A stretch of DNA of 64,000 nucleotides, taken from assembly GCA_047967505.1 (NCBI GenBank), contig CM106538.1; one strand, 5' to 3'. The stretch's first letter is position 1. The number at the start of each line of letters is the position of its first letter. The notes beneath the pieces are model-generated. The model saw only the letters and a program-made list of their open reading frames with translations, made no database searches and was not told where the DNA came from. Below are positions 25,340 to 39,490 of the stretch, piece by piece. The translations under genes and the position numbers were made by a program. This stretch comes from Dipteris shenzhenensis. Its lineage: Eukaryota.

Positions 25340-28330
25340 CATCTTCCGATAGTAATTCTTCCAAGCAAATGTCAAACATAAGGGAGTGGTTCAACACTTT
25401 GAAACCAACAGATCTTGACTTTGAAGCAATGGTGGGTGACGACAAGAAGTGTACGGTCGATGAGATTGGCACGATATCACAATTAGTCAAGGTGAAGAAG
25501 AGGTGATATCCAATCTTCTTTATGTTCCAAACCTTTGCAAGGATATTCTAAAGCATAACGCTACCCAATAGGTTTTCATTCAGTCCACTACAAAGGAAAG
25601 GAAGTAGCACAGGGATTGAGAGCGGCCTTTATAAGATCACAATTAGTCTAGGATCAAACAGAGCATTTGTGGAATGAGAGGTTTGGACACATCAGCAATA
25701 ACAAGCTTTCACAAATGCCAAAGATAGGCTTAGTGTTTGGATTTTTAGTCACAAGCACCTCTTACATGCATTGGCAACATTCGGACGCATCTTCAAGGAT
25801 GGATTCGAGGGCCACAATATTCATGAGAGCCAGGACATCTTGTCATATGCAAAGCAAGGAGTCAAATTCTCATATCCGTGCAGATATAGCAGATTATGAC
25901 TTACACCCTCAAATCAAAGAATCAAGGAGCCTAGGCATTTAATGATGGAACAATGCAGATCATGTTGGATAAATAGGGTCAATGCCATACTTGTAAGCCC
26001 CCAAATGAGGAGAGCACAGGGACTTGATACCACACGATATATAGGGGTAGATGCATCAATAAGGGGATGGGATGAGGCTGTCATGTGGGCAGCACAATGG
26101 CTGCCACATGGACAGCGGACAGAAATGCTCTTTGGTGTTACTTTAGGGCAGCCTCAAGAATCACCTTGGAAAACAGCAAAATTGGCAATTAGATCTTTAG
26201 TACCTTACAAGGTTTGGTATGTTCCTAACTACTGAAGGGGATAACTGGATGAATCTGTTGGTGCCTGCGGATTCTAAAGACTCCAGAGTGTTCGCGACCT
26301 TGACCATAAATTGTACCAGAGCTCCAGACTAGACCCGGTTGTTCGTGAATGATGCGGTGGAGATACTAGAGGTGTTGGATAAAAGACCAAATAAAGAAGA
26401 CATGGATGTAAAGTTAACATTTCTCAATAGTGAACTAGAGAGCAGTTGCAAAGCGAAAGTGTAAAGACTTTGCAAGGCATTGTACAAGCCATAGTATGAG
26501 CCATTTTCCCTGACAACCAAGGTGACCAAATATTAGATGGCCATAGCAATAGCAGAACATTATAGATGGCCCATCTACTAGATGCATGTGCAATCAATTT
26601 TTCTAAAGCCTATGGAGAAGCTGCATAGATTTCTATACCTAAGATCAGAAGAGAGAATTTACCTGCAAATTGCAATTCTACATGCTGAAACAGACTCCCA
26701 AAGACCAATATATTGACGACTGCGTTATGGGGATAGCACTTGTGGTCCATCCAATGCCAGCACGTATCTTTAATCGGAGGAGAACAAGAGGATGGTCATC
26801 ATTATGTACTTGAATAACCAAATGTTCATTATGATGCTCTCTATACATAGGGAAAGAATCTTGAAGCTTAAGGTCTCGTTCAAGAGGAATTTGAGATGAC
26901 AAATTTGGGACTTCATTATTTCCTTGGCATACAGGTGTGGCACAAATTGAATAGGATCTTCATTTCTCAATGGAAATACCGGCTAGAGGTTCTGTGGAGA
27001 TTTCAAATGTAGGGCGGCAATCGTCCTAATGGAAGTTGGAGCCAAGCTAAGGAAAGAGGATGCTTTTCATTTGGTTGACATGACCATGTACCACCAATTG
27101 GTATGTAATTTGATCAATTTTGCAGTGGAGGTGCTCAATCAATTTCAATAAAGCCAAAAATGAGTCGCTAGAGTGCAAACATAAGGATACAGAGGTATCT
27201 CAGAGGTATAGGCAGCGGACCTGATAGAAATTTGAGCCAATCTAAGTAAGGAGGATAGTTCTTAGTTGGTTGACATGACAAAGTACTGGCATGTTCGTCC
27301 TTTCTTCCAAAGAAACCAAGCATCAACGACTTGCAGGTACTTTGATCAGCTTAGCGATAGGGATGCTTAGATGGTTTTCATTAAAGCCAAAGATTAGTCA
27401 TTAGAATGCAAGCATGAGGATATTGAGGTTCACATAGATGCAATTGTGGAATCACCTATCAAGCAAGTAGCAACTGGGATGGATATTGTGATTCATTCTG
27501 GCCTTGTGATCCAAAAACGAGCTCGCCCAATACAAGTGATTGTTCATGCTAGGGGCCATCTCGTCACTTAGCAATAGCAACCAATGGTTTCAATAGAAAC
27601 CATGAACGTAGTGGATTGCACAGCTCATGAGATTGTGTTTCGAATGGATATTGAAGGACTTAGACGTTCTTCAAGAGGATGTAAAGCTAACTCAATAGGG
27701 GCCCCCAGCGAGAGAAAAGCTCGCTATTAATTAAGTTCTTTGTCTAGGGGGGTGCGCAGAGAGGATTAAGCTAAGCCGCGCAGAGAATTAGGCTATTGAG
27801 AATAGAACCTGCCAGCGAACTCGAGAAGGTTCGAAGATCCCAAAGGTTCTTAACGGAGTATGTTAAGGGGAAGGGGAGGGGGGGGGGGGGGGGTAGAGGA
27901 GCGGAGAAGGGGAGCTGTGAAAGCCTCCTAGAGCAGCAGTAAAGGAGGAGGAACGAGGGGGGAGGGCTGAGTGGAGGGAGAGGGAGGGTAGGAGAGGGAG
28001 GGCTGAGCACACTGGAGAGGGAGGAGGGGAGAGTGCAGGAAAGTGAAGGGAGGGCTGAGTGCAGGGCTGCGTAGGGAGGGAGATCAAGAGGGGAGGCAAC
28101 GCAAGGCGAGAAAGAGAGAGAGACAGAGTTGCAAAAATTAGACATAGGTTAATTAGAATTGCATGAATTAGACACTAACTAATTAATGCGAATAGGTAGA
28201 TGCAAGGACTAAACATGCATTGTACTTGCAAAGAACATGGTGTTCATGCTCAAACAGATCACATTGAGATTCAGTACCATTTTAGCGACGACTTGACAAA
28301 GGGCATGTACTACTGCAAACGACCCCTAAA
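25340..28330 (+). mobile_element. Old degenerate Copia relic related to element E, with internal insertions
   Basis: Fragments translate to protease-like SSKQMSNIREWF, LWNERFGH, RT MDVKLTFLN...RLCKALY, and RNase H-like HIEIQYH. Confidence 0.65.
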
Positions 28331-28696
28331 AAGCGTTCATGAAGGTTCTTCTCAAATAAAAAATTAAGCTACTCATCAACGGCGGATGGGCATCGAGCCC
28401 CAACCAAATCACAGGGGCTATTAAAATTGATGTTGCAATGCCCACTTGTGAACTTCCATTATAAGGAGGGAGTTTACAAGTGTTTATTTTTTGCCCATTT
28501 CTTGCTTGGAGCACATAGGCCCAACTAAAATAAATGCATAAAGCATGTTATTGCATATGACACTTTCAAATACCACAATCATTATGGTGAAGTAAAAAAC
28601 TGCATGCACAACAATCTAGCAGCTCCAAAACAGACACCAAATTGGAAAGTCATGTTAGCTTAGTGTGGATCACCTTTTAGGGGTGGTCAGCCAAAT

Positions 28697-29546
28697 AGAG
28701 AGAGAGAGAGAGAGAGAGAGAGTGTGTTTATTATAGTCTTTGAAAGGCCAAAGGGTTATGAGACTGAAAAAACTAGATACAATGAGAAAACCTCAAGGGG
28801 TGTGGCCACAGCCATTAAGCGGGCATCCACACCCAATACTATTACTAATCTATAAAACCCATGAAAAGTATATATAAAGCGTAATGTCACTGAGGGAGAA
28901 AGTACATGGTGTATCATATCATATCATATCATAAATAGCAGTGGAGAGCTCACTACTAGGAGGAGGGAAGCGTAAGGCTGAACAAAAATTGGTTGTTTAC
29001 CTATGCGGCGGATCCTCTGTAGGTTGCTCAAGGGACCAGATCCACTGGTCGGCTAAGACGGACAGGAGGGCCTCGACGCACAGTAGCTTCAACAAAGGTT
29101 GGCATCGCTGAGAAATAACCCGTGATGAAGCGTTGCTTGCAATCTACTTGAGCACTCTTCTATGGCCACCTCGTAGTAGCTCATCGTTGGACAAGTGCCA
29201 CTTCCATCCCAGAAAAATGTCTCGTAGAGAGCAAAGAACATAGAGGGAAAATCTACAGGCCTTGTATGGGTCATGCGCTGGTGGATCTGTTGTGCCACCT
29301 AACTAAAATAATGACTCTCTATTTGGACTCCAACAGGGCTTCATGATCTCATATTTATATCCTAATCTCTATGACATAAGGCATCATGAAAGAAAATCAC
29401 TACTTGTACTAATCCGGATGGATCAAGAGGTAAAAGAGAGGCCTAAATCATTCTCTAAATGAACAATGGTGGCACCTTGGACTCATAGTACACAGGACAT
29501 CTGAAAACAAAGTGCTCCTTCGACTCAACCTCCTACATGTGTGCCT
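28697..29546 (-). mobile_element. 3' fragment of a LINE related to the 1409-23720 element
   Basis: (GA)n tail at 28697-28722. The 3' terminus resembles 23645-23678. Encodes the EVESKEHFVFRCPVYYE zinc-knuckle region. Confidence 0.75.
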
Positions 29547-30975
29547 TGTAGGGCCTAGTTATAGTCAGTTAGGTCAGTTGGTACAATTACTACATGTACC
29601 ACATAGGACTTAGTCCAATTAGGGCACTTTGCCCTAGGGTTTTGTTATATTGGCTCTCTCTTAAGCCTCCACTCAGTTTTTGCAGCAATTCATTACAGCA
29701 ACTCGTTTTTGACTTCTCTCCATCATTTCTTGAGCTTCCATTGCTTGCCCTAGCCTACGGTGGTATCAGAGCAGGTTGGGGATCCATTCCCTCAGCCATT
29801 GGCAGCTTGTTCAAGCTGTTTGGCAACCCCTGGACCTCTCATTCTTGCTAGTTTGCTGGTTTTCTACACACCCGTGAGCATTTGTGGCCTCTCCAAACAA
29901 TTCTGTCGCGAGAACTTTACATTTGGCGCGTGAAGATCGCATTTTGGAGCATCTACCGCGAAGGAATTCCTGTTTCGGTTCATTTCCTGCTGCAGCTGCC
30001 TCACACGTGTGGATTCGTACAGCCGTACGGACTGTATGGACCTGTCAAAATAGCATTTGTTGCTGTACGGAAAATTCACACCAGCGTTTCATGCACTTTC
30101 GAAGCTGTACAGACAGATTCACCTGCATTTATTACCTATGCGGATTTCATGCAGTGCATTTATGATTGTACGGGCCTGACTCGGAGCCGTACGGATCAGC
30201 TGCATCAGCATTTAAGGTTGTACAGTCTTCATTCAAAGCATTTGCAGCAGTTTTGACCTGCCTTGAGGTTCATGCCAGCATTTCAGAGGCATTACATGCT
30301 TTCTCGTGAAGCGTGCTGGTGCTAGAAGACTTTTGGAGCCTGCCGCAATGATCTGGAGGTCACTCCTTGAGCCCATTCCTCTTCAATTGGCTTCCCTTTG
30401 CCTCAGGCTGCAAGTTTCCCTCCTTTGGATCGCCCTCCTCTCATTTTAAAGAGTTCTCCCCCTCGTGGGAGCACTTTCTCTTGCCGTAACTCTCATTTCT
30501 AGCCTTCTCTTCGCATCTCTCACTGCCATTTGCTTACTTTTCACCTCTCCTTCAAGGGTGAATCCCTCTGCTCACATTTGGAGCCTTTTCCCTGCCGTAT
30601 TTTTGGGCTACATCATTGGGTAGGCCCCGTTTGCATTGGTTCTGTCCAATTTCTGCAAAACATTAATTTCTTTGCTTCATTTGCATTTTGGAAAGGCCTC
30701 GTGTTGCCTTGGAAGGCCTTGTGTTTCCTTTTGGAGAATTTTTGCTGTAGGTACACCTTGAGACAGCAGAGTCCTTTGCAGTGAAAAGCTTTGAAGCTTG
30801 AGCAGAATTTTGCCACTTGATTTTGAGAGGTTGCTTTCCTCTCATTTGCCTTGTCAGTTGGTGCATTTGCCTTGAATTTCAGCACCATGACTAGCAGAAA
30901 AAATGATTTGTTTGGGATGCTTGGGGATGAGGACATGCTTGATGGCACTAGTTACCCCATGTGGGCATACATGAT
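29547..30975 (+). mobile_element. Truncated Copia element D: 5' LTR (29547-29759), PBS, leader and start of gag
   Basis: TGTAGG...CCTAC LTR resembling family C. PBS TGGTATCAGAGC at 29761-29772. Gag start MTSRKNDLFGMLGDEDMLDGTSYPMWAYMM. Confidence 0.8.
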
Positions 30976-31299
30976 GGGGCATAAAACAGCAAACTCACAA
31001 AGCAGGAAATGCGAGGGAGGGAGAGATACTTCAACAACCAAAATCAGGAAAAAAAAACTCAGAAAAACCACTCGGTACAAGATGTTGAAAGAGGGTAAGA
31101 GAGGGGCCTATAAATAAGGCCCCAACCCTACAATCGGTCTGCTCAAGCCGATGTAGGTCGACCCATAGGTCGGCCTAACCCGACCCAACACGGTCAGGTC
31201 TAGTCAATTAACCCAACCAATCTTGCCGGCTAACCCAACCAAGTTGGGGACCTGGTTGGCCACCAACCCTACGATGTCCGCAGCTGAGAACATATGCTC

Positions 31300-33908
31300 C
31301 TAAATCATTAGAAAATCCACTGTCCAGCCAACCACTGCCCTTTGCAACTCTTGTCTAAGTATCAAGTACTGTGGCTGACTACGAGCAAAGTTGTGGAGCA
31401 TGTGCACGTTCCAACTCACCATGGTCCAACTCATGGGGAGGGGGAAGCAAGAAACAAGGCTCGCCTGTGAGTGGGAGCCTGCTCAAGGAAAACTGCCTTC
31501 TACGACTTCAATGGGGGTTTGGAAGGCGAATAGTCCGTATCTCTCTGCCGGCGTACTAAAGTGGCAACCAGCTCCACACCTACCTTCCGTGCTCATTGCA
31601 ACATAAAGGAGATGCCCACCCCAAACATCTCAGTAGACATCTAGAGTGGCCAATAGTGCGCTTGATCAAGCTTTGCCTCAGGAGGTAGTCTAATCACTCC
31701 TGCTGCTAGGCCACAGACCGGCTTCTCCTACGCAAAGCCCAGCTGAAAGTTCACTTCTGACCATGGGCTAGCCATAGGTCCAGACCATGCAGACCCATCC
31801 ACTCATCCATCATGCGCGATAATTGATCGCCCAGCATGCTATCAGACATCACTAGAGTCCACTTCTCCACCCGTGTGGAAGCAAACTGGAACCTCCACGC
31901 TGGGGGGGGGGGGTGTGGGAGCCCAGTGTACTGATCGAACCCCTTTTCAAGGCTACAAGACCAAAAGTGTCACCTCCAAAGGCAAGGGATAGGACTCCGG
32001 GATCTCTAGGTAATTCCAAGGCCCCAACCTCCAGAACTCCCTCGAAAGAGGGCACCCGAGCTAAAGCTGGGAAGCTGAGGACTGAGAGGACGAGCCACTC
32101 ATGGTCTGAGATGGAACTTGGGATGCTAAAGGGACGGGAAGGGGGACTGCCGGGTCAGAGGGGGGTGGGGGGCGGGTGGTGAGGGTGATGACAGCTTGAC
32201 AAGTGGGCAAGGGGGGAGGGAGAACAAGGGCGGGAAGAGGGGCGGTTGGTGGTGGCAGAGGGGCCAGGAGGGGGGGTAGTCTCCCCTATCGTGGAAGAAG
32301 AAGCCCGGGGTGAGGACGGAGCCAATCTTTCCACCGAAGCGAGTCGGTCAGTCTATAGAGCGTGGCTCCGCACGCCTCCTGGGCCTTGCGGCTACTGAGT
32401 GGCTACCTGTGTGTCCTGGGTCCCTTTCCCAACGAGACCTACCGGGGGGACAAACTCCTCCTCCATGGTCTGGTCTCCCTTAGGCTGAGAGGCTGCCTCG
32501 CGCTCCGCTTTCGCCTTTGTTGTAAGCCGGGCTCTCCTTCGTCAATTCTTCAAAGTCTCTTTGTTTGGTTTCTTCTTATGCTCCATGATCGTCCATTTCC
32601 CACTAGAGGGCTCCACCCAGGGGGTCTGAGACCGCCTGCGCAGGTGACTCTGCATGTCCACTTGGGGCTCACGCTGACAATCCTACTACTGGGGGGTCGT
32701 CTCTGCCCCGATGGCAATCCCTGGCTAGGTGTCCATGCTCTCTGCATCGAAGGCACTGACCCAGTAATCCTGAGATCTCAATCCTCTGACATAGCTCACC
32801 CCCCTCAAGAGTCTCGAGAAGGATCCACTCCGAGATGGACTCTGGATTCTCTAACACCAATCTGGGTCCAAGAACCCCCTCATCTGTCACCAGCGATGCG
32901 GCTGACTCGGGAGGGATGGGCGTGTACTCCCTCGAAAGTCCTCGAAATCGAAGCGTCACCCAGAAGCAAGGCACATGGTGGGACAAGTCCATGTCCTCTA
33001 TAGTAAAGCCATGGTACCAGGGGAAAAGGAAAACCAGGTGCGGGCCAAGATAGATGGGTCCTTGCTCAACTAGTGCCTCGGTGGTGTCGGGTGAGCGCAA
33101 CTAGAGAAGGAAGACTCCTTGTCCAAAGATGGTGACCCCCTGGATGTGGTCCCCCTCTAATGATAAACTCGCCTGTAACCAGTCGCAGATCTAGCTCCTG
33201 GAAGGGTGAGCCCTACTATTCGGCCTACTACTGCTCTATCTGTGAGGGACTGAATTGCTTGCTTGACCTATTGTTTGTCCTAGGGAGAAAGAATAACCTT
33301 GACACTTGGGGGGATCGAAGGTGCTACCATTTGAGCCCTTCTGGCCAGATTGAAGTCTACACCAAGTTATCTTTCTACGAAGTGTCAACAATTAACCCAA
33401 AGCTCCAGAAAGAAGAAAGAATGCCATGTCGGCACTGTAGATGGGCTGACACTAAGGCTGAGAAATGAGCAAAACTCGAGCAACGTGCCAGCAGCCCGAG
33501 GTGCCACGACACCTCTTGGCTACTCAAGAAGCGCACCTGGCTCAAGTCCCACTCTAAGGCGGCCCAGAAGGAGACCCTCGATACTCAGCCCAGCCCCCAA
33601 CCTAGGCAACGGTCCACCTTACTGCAGCAGCTCCAAACACGGCTAAAAAGGTGGGAAAAGGAAGAAAAAGCCACCGCAAGGGGGGCGGAAAAGTAGCCCT
33701 ACGGGAAGAGGTGGGGGTGAAGGGAAAAAGAGGGGAGCCGGAGAGAATGGGGCAAGAGAGAAGCGCATGGGCGGAGGAGGTAGAAGATGGTCCCGGGGGG
33801 GGGGGGGGGGGAGGGGCAGCAGCCTGTGCACGGGGGGAGAAGACGGGGCTGGTAGGTGAATAGGATGCGGGGTGGGGCAGAGGCGGAGGCGGAGGCGAAG
33901 GCGCAGGG
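31300..33908 (-). mobile_element. L1-clade LINE 5' portion (ORF1 and start of ORF2); its C-rich 5' region probably continues at 39491-39670
   Basis: ORF1 shows GPIYLGPHLVFLFPW (DUF4283-like) and CLRCREHGHLARDC. Endonuclease start MVSWNV near 31423. Confidence 0.72.
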
Positions 33909-36900
33909 TGTTAGAAATGTCACTGCCCCACTTGTGAACCCCCGATTTGAGGGGACAAGGGGGCAGGAGACTATAGGGGATGGGGGGCTGAGAGCACCTT
34001 GCTGTAAGAAGGCAGCACCCTGCGTGGAACACTGCGCCAGCATCACGGGCCCATGCGGGGGCATCTACAGCAGCCATCTTGGCCCTTCTGGGGATCGGTT
34101 TCTACGGACTGGAACCGACTGACAAGTTGGCCAGTTCTAGGGGCTGGCTGCCCAACTATATAAACCCCCTCCCCCCCACACATCTTTTCATCACTTGCAC
34201 TGACCAGCTTGCACCGGCAAGTGCGCAGGGCGAGGAGTTGACTCACAGTTTGATACAGCATCTCCTTGCTGTTTTGTATGCTCACCTCTTGAGCTTTTGT
34301 CAGCCCACTGTTGTGGAATAATATATCTGAGTTTTGCTATCTTTCTCTCCCCTCCTCTTTGAGTGTTGTTTGAGCTGCCATCCGGAGTGTGAGGAGTGAG
34401 TGATTCTATACTCTACTTCCAACATGGTATCAAAGCAAGGTTTCCAGCTCTAGAACAGAGTTCCTGAGCAAGAAGGCGACTCCAATCAACACTCAGGTTT
34501 GCTGCGTGGTCAAGTTCTCTACTGCAAATTCATTTTTCAGTTTGTTGTTCGCTATTACAGCAAGGATGGAGGACAAGGATTCAATTGTTGCCTCTTCAGC
34601 CCCTTCTCTTCCTTCCTCCTCCAAATTTCTCTCATTCACCATCCCGAACTTTGGAGAGTCAGGGAAACTAGATGGGTCGAACTACCCAATCTGGAAGGTG
34701 AAAATCCGGCGTCATTTAGTGGCTCGGAAGTTGTGGAAACTGACAACGGGCATGGAGGCAAAGCCCGAAGATATGCTGGACAGCAAAGGGAAGATTCTCA
34801 TTCCAGTAGATGGAGAAGAGCTTGAAAATTGGGAAGACATAGATGCCCACTCCCTAGCATTAATCATAGGAGCCACGGCGGACTGTTCTTCCGCACATCC
34901 AGATGGCCGAGACGTCTGTAGAGGCATGGGCTATTCTGAAGGATCTGTATGAAACAAACAACACATCTCGTATCTTGCTTCTTCAACATCAACTGTACAA
35001 ATCTGGATATGAATGGGGGGGACAATGTTCATGACCATCTGACAATAGTCAAGGTGGTAAGGGACCGGCTCGCGGCAGATGGTCAAAAGGTAGACTCGAG
35101 TCATCTAGCATTGCTAACGTTACACAAGCTACCTCGCAGTTTCAAGAGTTTCGTGACTACCGCCACTGTAGGACAGAGAACCAAGCCTCTCACCTTCAAG
35201 GAACTTGGCCCTTTACTATTGCAGGAAGAGGCTCGTGAAAAGCTATTTACTCAATCCGACGAGAAGGCTCTCGTGGCAAGGGACAAGCCCGGCAAGGGTA
35301 AGTTCAAAGACTCCAACAACAACAAGACCGAGGATGCAGAGAAAAAGAGGCAGATGAAATGCTTCTATTGTGAGAAGCTTGGTCATTATGCTAAGGAGTG
35401 CCGCAAGAAGAAGGCGGACCTTAAGCGAAAGAAGGAGTCCAAGTCCAAAGAGGAGCCAAAGACCAAATCGGCAAACGTCACAACCGGCGCTCTCTTCATC
35501 ATCACTGAGTACTGCTCAGCCTACGTAGTCAGCGAAGGAGAGGAAGGTTGGGTACATGGACGAGAAGGCTCTCGTGGCAAGGGACAAGCCCGGCAAGGGT
35601 AAGTTCAAAGACTCCAAAAACAACAACAAGACCGAGGATGCAGAGAAAAAGAGGCAGATGAAGTGCTTCTATTGTGAGAAGCTTGGTCATTCTACTAGGG
35701 AGGGCTGCAAGAAGGCGGCGGACCTTAAGCGAAAGGAGGAGTTCGAGTCCAAAGAGGAGCCAAAGACTGAATCGACAAACATCACGACCGGCGCTCTCTT
35801 CATCATCACTGAGTATTACTCAGCCTATGCAGTCAGTGAAGGAAAGGAAGGTTGGTACGTGGACAGTGGAGCTTCAAAACACATGTCCAACAAGGAGTGG
35901 TTCAAATCCATGGAAGGTACGCATCCCGATTCCAAGGTCATTGTGGGGGATAACCGGACATGCCTTGTGAAGGGTGTTGGTAGTATTCCATTCATCACGA
36001 CTGCAGGAAACGAGGAGCTGATTTCTGGTGTACTGTATGTACCGAACTTGTGCAAGAACCTTTTGTCTGTCAGGCAGATGGACAAGCACAATATGTCGGT
36101 CTTATTCGACAACGACATAGTCATTGTCACATTCAAGGCAAATGGAAAGGTGGTGGCTCAAGAAGTCGAGGAGCATGGGCTGTATCAGCTCAATGCTCTA
36201 TTGGTGCACGGGGACCATGGCAGATCCAAATTGTGGCATGAGTGGTTCGGTCACGTCAATTATGGCACTCTCGCTGAGATGCAGAAGTCAAAGATGGTGC
36301 ATGGACTTCCACCAATTGTGTAGGCAATGATCGTGTTTACATGGCTTGCTTGGAGGGCAAGCAACACATGGACAAGTTCCCACAGGAAGCCTCATCACGG
36401 GCCAAGAAGCCGCTCGAGTTGGTTCATGCCCAATGTCAACAAATTCATTCGCAGGTTCGAGTATTCTATTTTATTCGTGGATGATTTCAGTCGCATGACA
36501 TGGGTATGAAGTCTCAGGCTTATGAGAAATTCAAAGACTGGAAGGCCCAGGTAGAGAAGGAGAGCGAGGGGGTAATCAAAGCCTTCCGCACAGACATAGG
36601 GGGAGAGTTCACTTCTACCGCGTTTTTGTAGGAAGCACGGGATCAAGAGACATCTCACTACAACTCGCACATCTCAGCAAAATGGAGTTGCTGAGAGGAA
36701 GCACAAAACCATCACAGAGACAAGTTTGACCATGTTGCGAGGGAGGAATCTCTCAAAAGCTTACTGGGGTAAGACGTGAACACTGCCGTTCACATCCTCA
36801 ACAAAACCAAGACCAAGGTTGTTGATGGCAATACACCATATGAAGCTTACTATGGTAAAAAGCCCACGATATCTCATTTACGAGTTTTCGGTTCTAATGC

Positions 36901-39490
36901 ATTTGTTCATGTGCATAAAGATGAGAGGACGAAGCTTGATTTCCATAGCCGAAGATGTATCTTTGTGGGATACAGTGAAGAATCCAAGGCCTATCACCTT
37001 TTTGACTCGAAAAAGAAGAAGATCCTTATCAACAAGTACGTGATCTTTGAGGAGTCAAAGCCACAGCCTGCAGAAGAGGTTCCTGAACTTCCGTCATTAC
37101 CCCCACTCAAGGTCACCATCCAAGAGGTGGAGACGGCTCAAGACCCCAAGGAGGAGGAGGAGAAGCATACTGTTCTAGAACCTGCTCCCAAGGCCGACTC
37201 TAGCAAAGGCACCTCCATCAGAGAAGAAGCTACCTCAGCGGTATTTGAAGACTTTAGCAGACTCACAAATCACGGACATTCCCGAGAACAATTCCGGTCC
37301 CTGGACTGCGACGGTCTCAATGCAACATGAAGACTCCCTCCATGAACTACGATATGGTGGGTCATCTTGAGAAGCCCCGTTCCTTCCAAGAAGCGAAGGA
37401 TATTCTAGACTGCAGGAAACCATGCAGGCAGAGATGGATGTCATTTTGAAAAATGACACCTGGTTTAGTGCCCAAACCAACGAAGTTGAAGGTCATTGGC
37501 ACTAAGTGGGTGTACAAGCTTAAGTTCAAGTCAGATGGGAGCTTGGACAAGTACAAAGTGAGATTGGTGGTGAAAGGCTATGCACGGTCCGAAGGACTTG
37601 ACTTGACTTCGACGAGACCTTCACCCCCACAACTAGGATGGTGACCATTCAGATAGTCATTGCCTTGGCTGCTCATCACGGTTGGCCTATCTTTCATATG
37701 GACGTCAAGTCTGCATTTTTGAATGGAACCCTGGAGGAGGAGGTATCTGTGGACAGTGGCACAGCCACCAGGATTTTAGATTCCAGGATCCCCATAAAAA
37801 GTTTGCAAACTGAAGAAGGCCTTATACGAGCTGAAACAAGCCCCCAGAGCTTGGAACCAGCGGATAGATGTTTTCTTCAGAAGATTGGACTTCAGCAAAG
37901 AGGCAAACCTTTATCTCAACACAGAGAGCTCAGAGGGATTTGCGGCTGGTATTAATTCTATATGTGGATGACCTCATCATTACAGGGGATTGTACGAAGA
38001 AGATTGCTCAGGTCAAGAGACTTCTCATGGAGGAGTTCAAGATGACTAACTTAGGCATACTTCACTACTTTCTTGGGATTGAAGTGAAGCAGGGAAAGAG
38101 CTGTATCTTTACTTCACACGAGAAATATTACAGGGAACTACTCAAATGCTTTTAGATGGAAAATTGCAAAGTTGCACACTCTCCCATGGAAACTGGTCTG
38201 AGGCTAAGTGTGCGTGATCCATCAGAGCTGGTTGATTCATCACTATATCGACACATGGTGGGGAGTTTGCTTTACCTCACCAATACCAGACCGGATATTT
38301 CCTACGCAGTTGGATTGCTCTGTCAGTTCTCCGCCACACCCAAAAAGGCCCATTGGGACGAGTACCTGCACCTACGGCATCACTTAAAAGAGAGGCATTG
38401 AGTTGGGAGGTTCTGCAATAGTGATTGGGCAGGTGATATTGATACCCGGAGATCGACCTCTGGATACCTTTTCTTACTCTCATCAAGAGCTGTCATGGCT
38501 GAGTAAGAAACAACCTATTTTCGCCCTTTCATCTACAAAGAGGAAGTACAGGGCTGCTTGTACAGCGGGATGCGAAGCATTGTGGCTCAGGTGGATCTTG
38601 GAGGACATGAATGTGGCCCAAGAAGATGCGACGGTGGTTATGTGCGACAACCACGGTTGCATAGCGATAGCCAACAACCTCGAGTTTCATGCACAGATGA
38701 AGCACATCGAGGTCCACTACCACTTTGTTCAAGAACTCATCAACAAAGAAGTCATAGAGTTGATGTACTGCCCGACAGACAGACAACATCTCCGATGTCT
38801 TCACGAAGGCGCTTCCCAGGGAGCAGATGAAACACCTCATTCAACGCATGGGGATCGGTCCACAGTTTTGTCATTGAGAGGGGGTGTTAGAAGTGTCACT
38901 GCCCCACCTGTGAGCCCCCGATTTGAGGGGACAAGGGGGCAGGAGACTATAGGGGATGGGGGGGCTGAGAGCACCTTGCTGTAAGAAGGCAGCACCCTAC
39001 GTGAAACACTGCGCCAGTATCACGGGCCCATGCGGGGGCATCTACAGCACATGAGCATCAGCCAGCGGCAGCCCAAAAGGCCCTGCATATGTGGCCTTAT
39101 ATAGGCCAAAGGGTTGGCCCAGAAACTGACCAGAAGGCAGCCATCTTGGCCCTTCTGGGGGTCGGTTTCTATGGATTGGAACTGACTGAAAAGCCGGCCA
39201 GTTCTAGGGGCTGGCTGCCCACCTATATAAACCCCCTCCCCCCCACACTTCTCTTCATCACTTGCACTGACCAGCCTTGCACCGGCAAGCGCGCAGGGAG
39301 AGGAGTTGACTCACAGTTTGGTACAGCATCTCCTTGCTGTTTTGTATGCTCACCTCTTGAGCTTTTGTCAGCCCATTGTTGTGGAAGAATATATCTGAGT
39401 TTTGCTATCTTTCTCTCCCTTGCTCTTTGAGTGTTGTTTGAGCTGTGATCGGGAGTCCGAGGAGTGAGTGATACTATCCTCTACTTTCCA
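33909..39490 (+). mobile_element. Ty1/Copia element E, full-length but pseudogenised; LTRs 33909-34424 and 38885-39490
   Basis: PBS TGGTATCAAAGC at 34425-34436, PPT GAGAGGGGG. Gag, CCHC, protease WYVDSGASKHM, integrase, RT (LYVDDL) and RNase H in Copia order. No matching TSD. Confidence 0.93.
35258..35862 (+). repeat. ~301-bp tandem duplication of the gag zinc knuckle to protease start in Copia E
   Basis: DEKALVARDKPGKGKFKDS...CFYCEKLGH occurs twice. GAC microhomology at the junction. Confidence 0.9.

Noticed and set aside
27700-28195. Pro/Ser-rich ORFs in a G-rich insert
   Set aside because: Low-complexity polypurine tract, probably a TE UTR or LTR fragment. No boundaries or motifs could be established.
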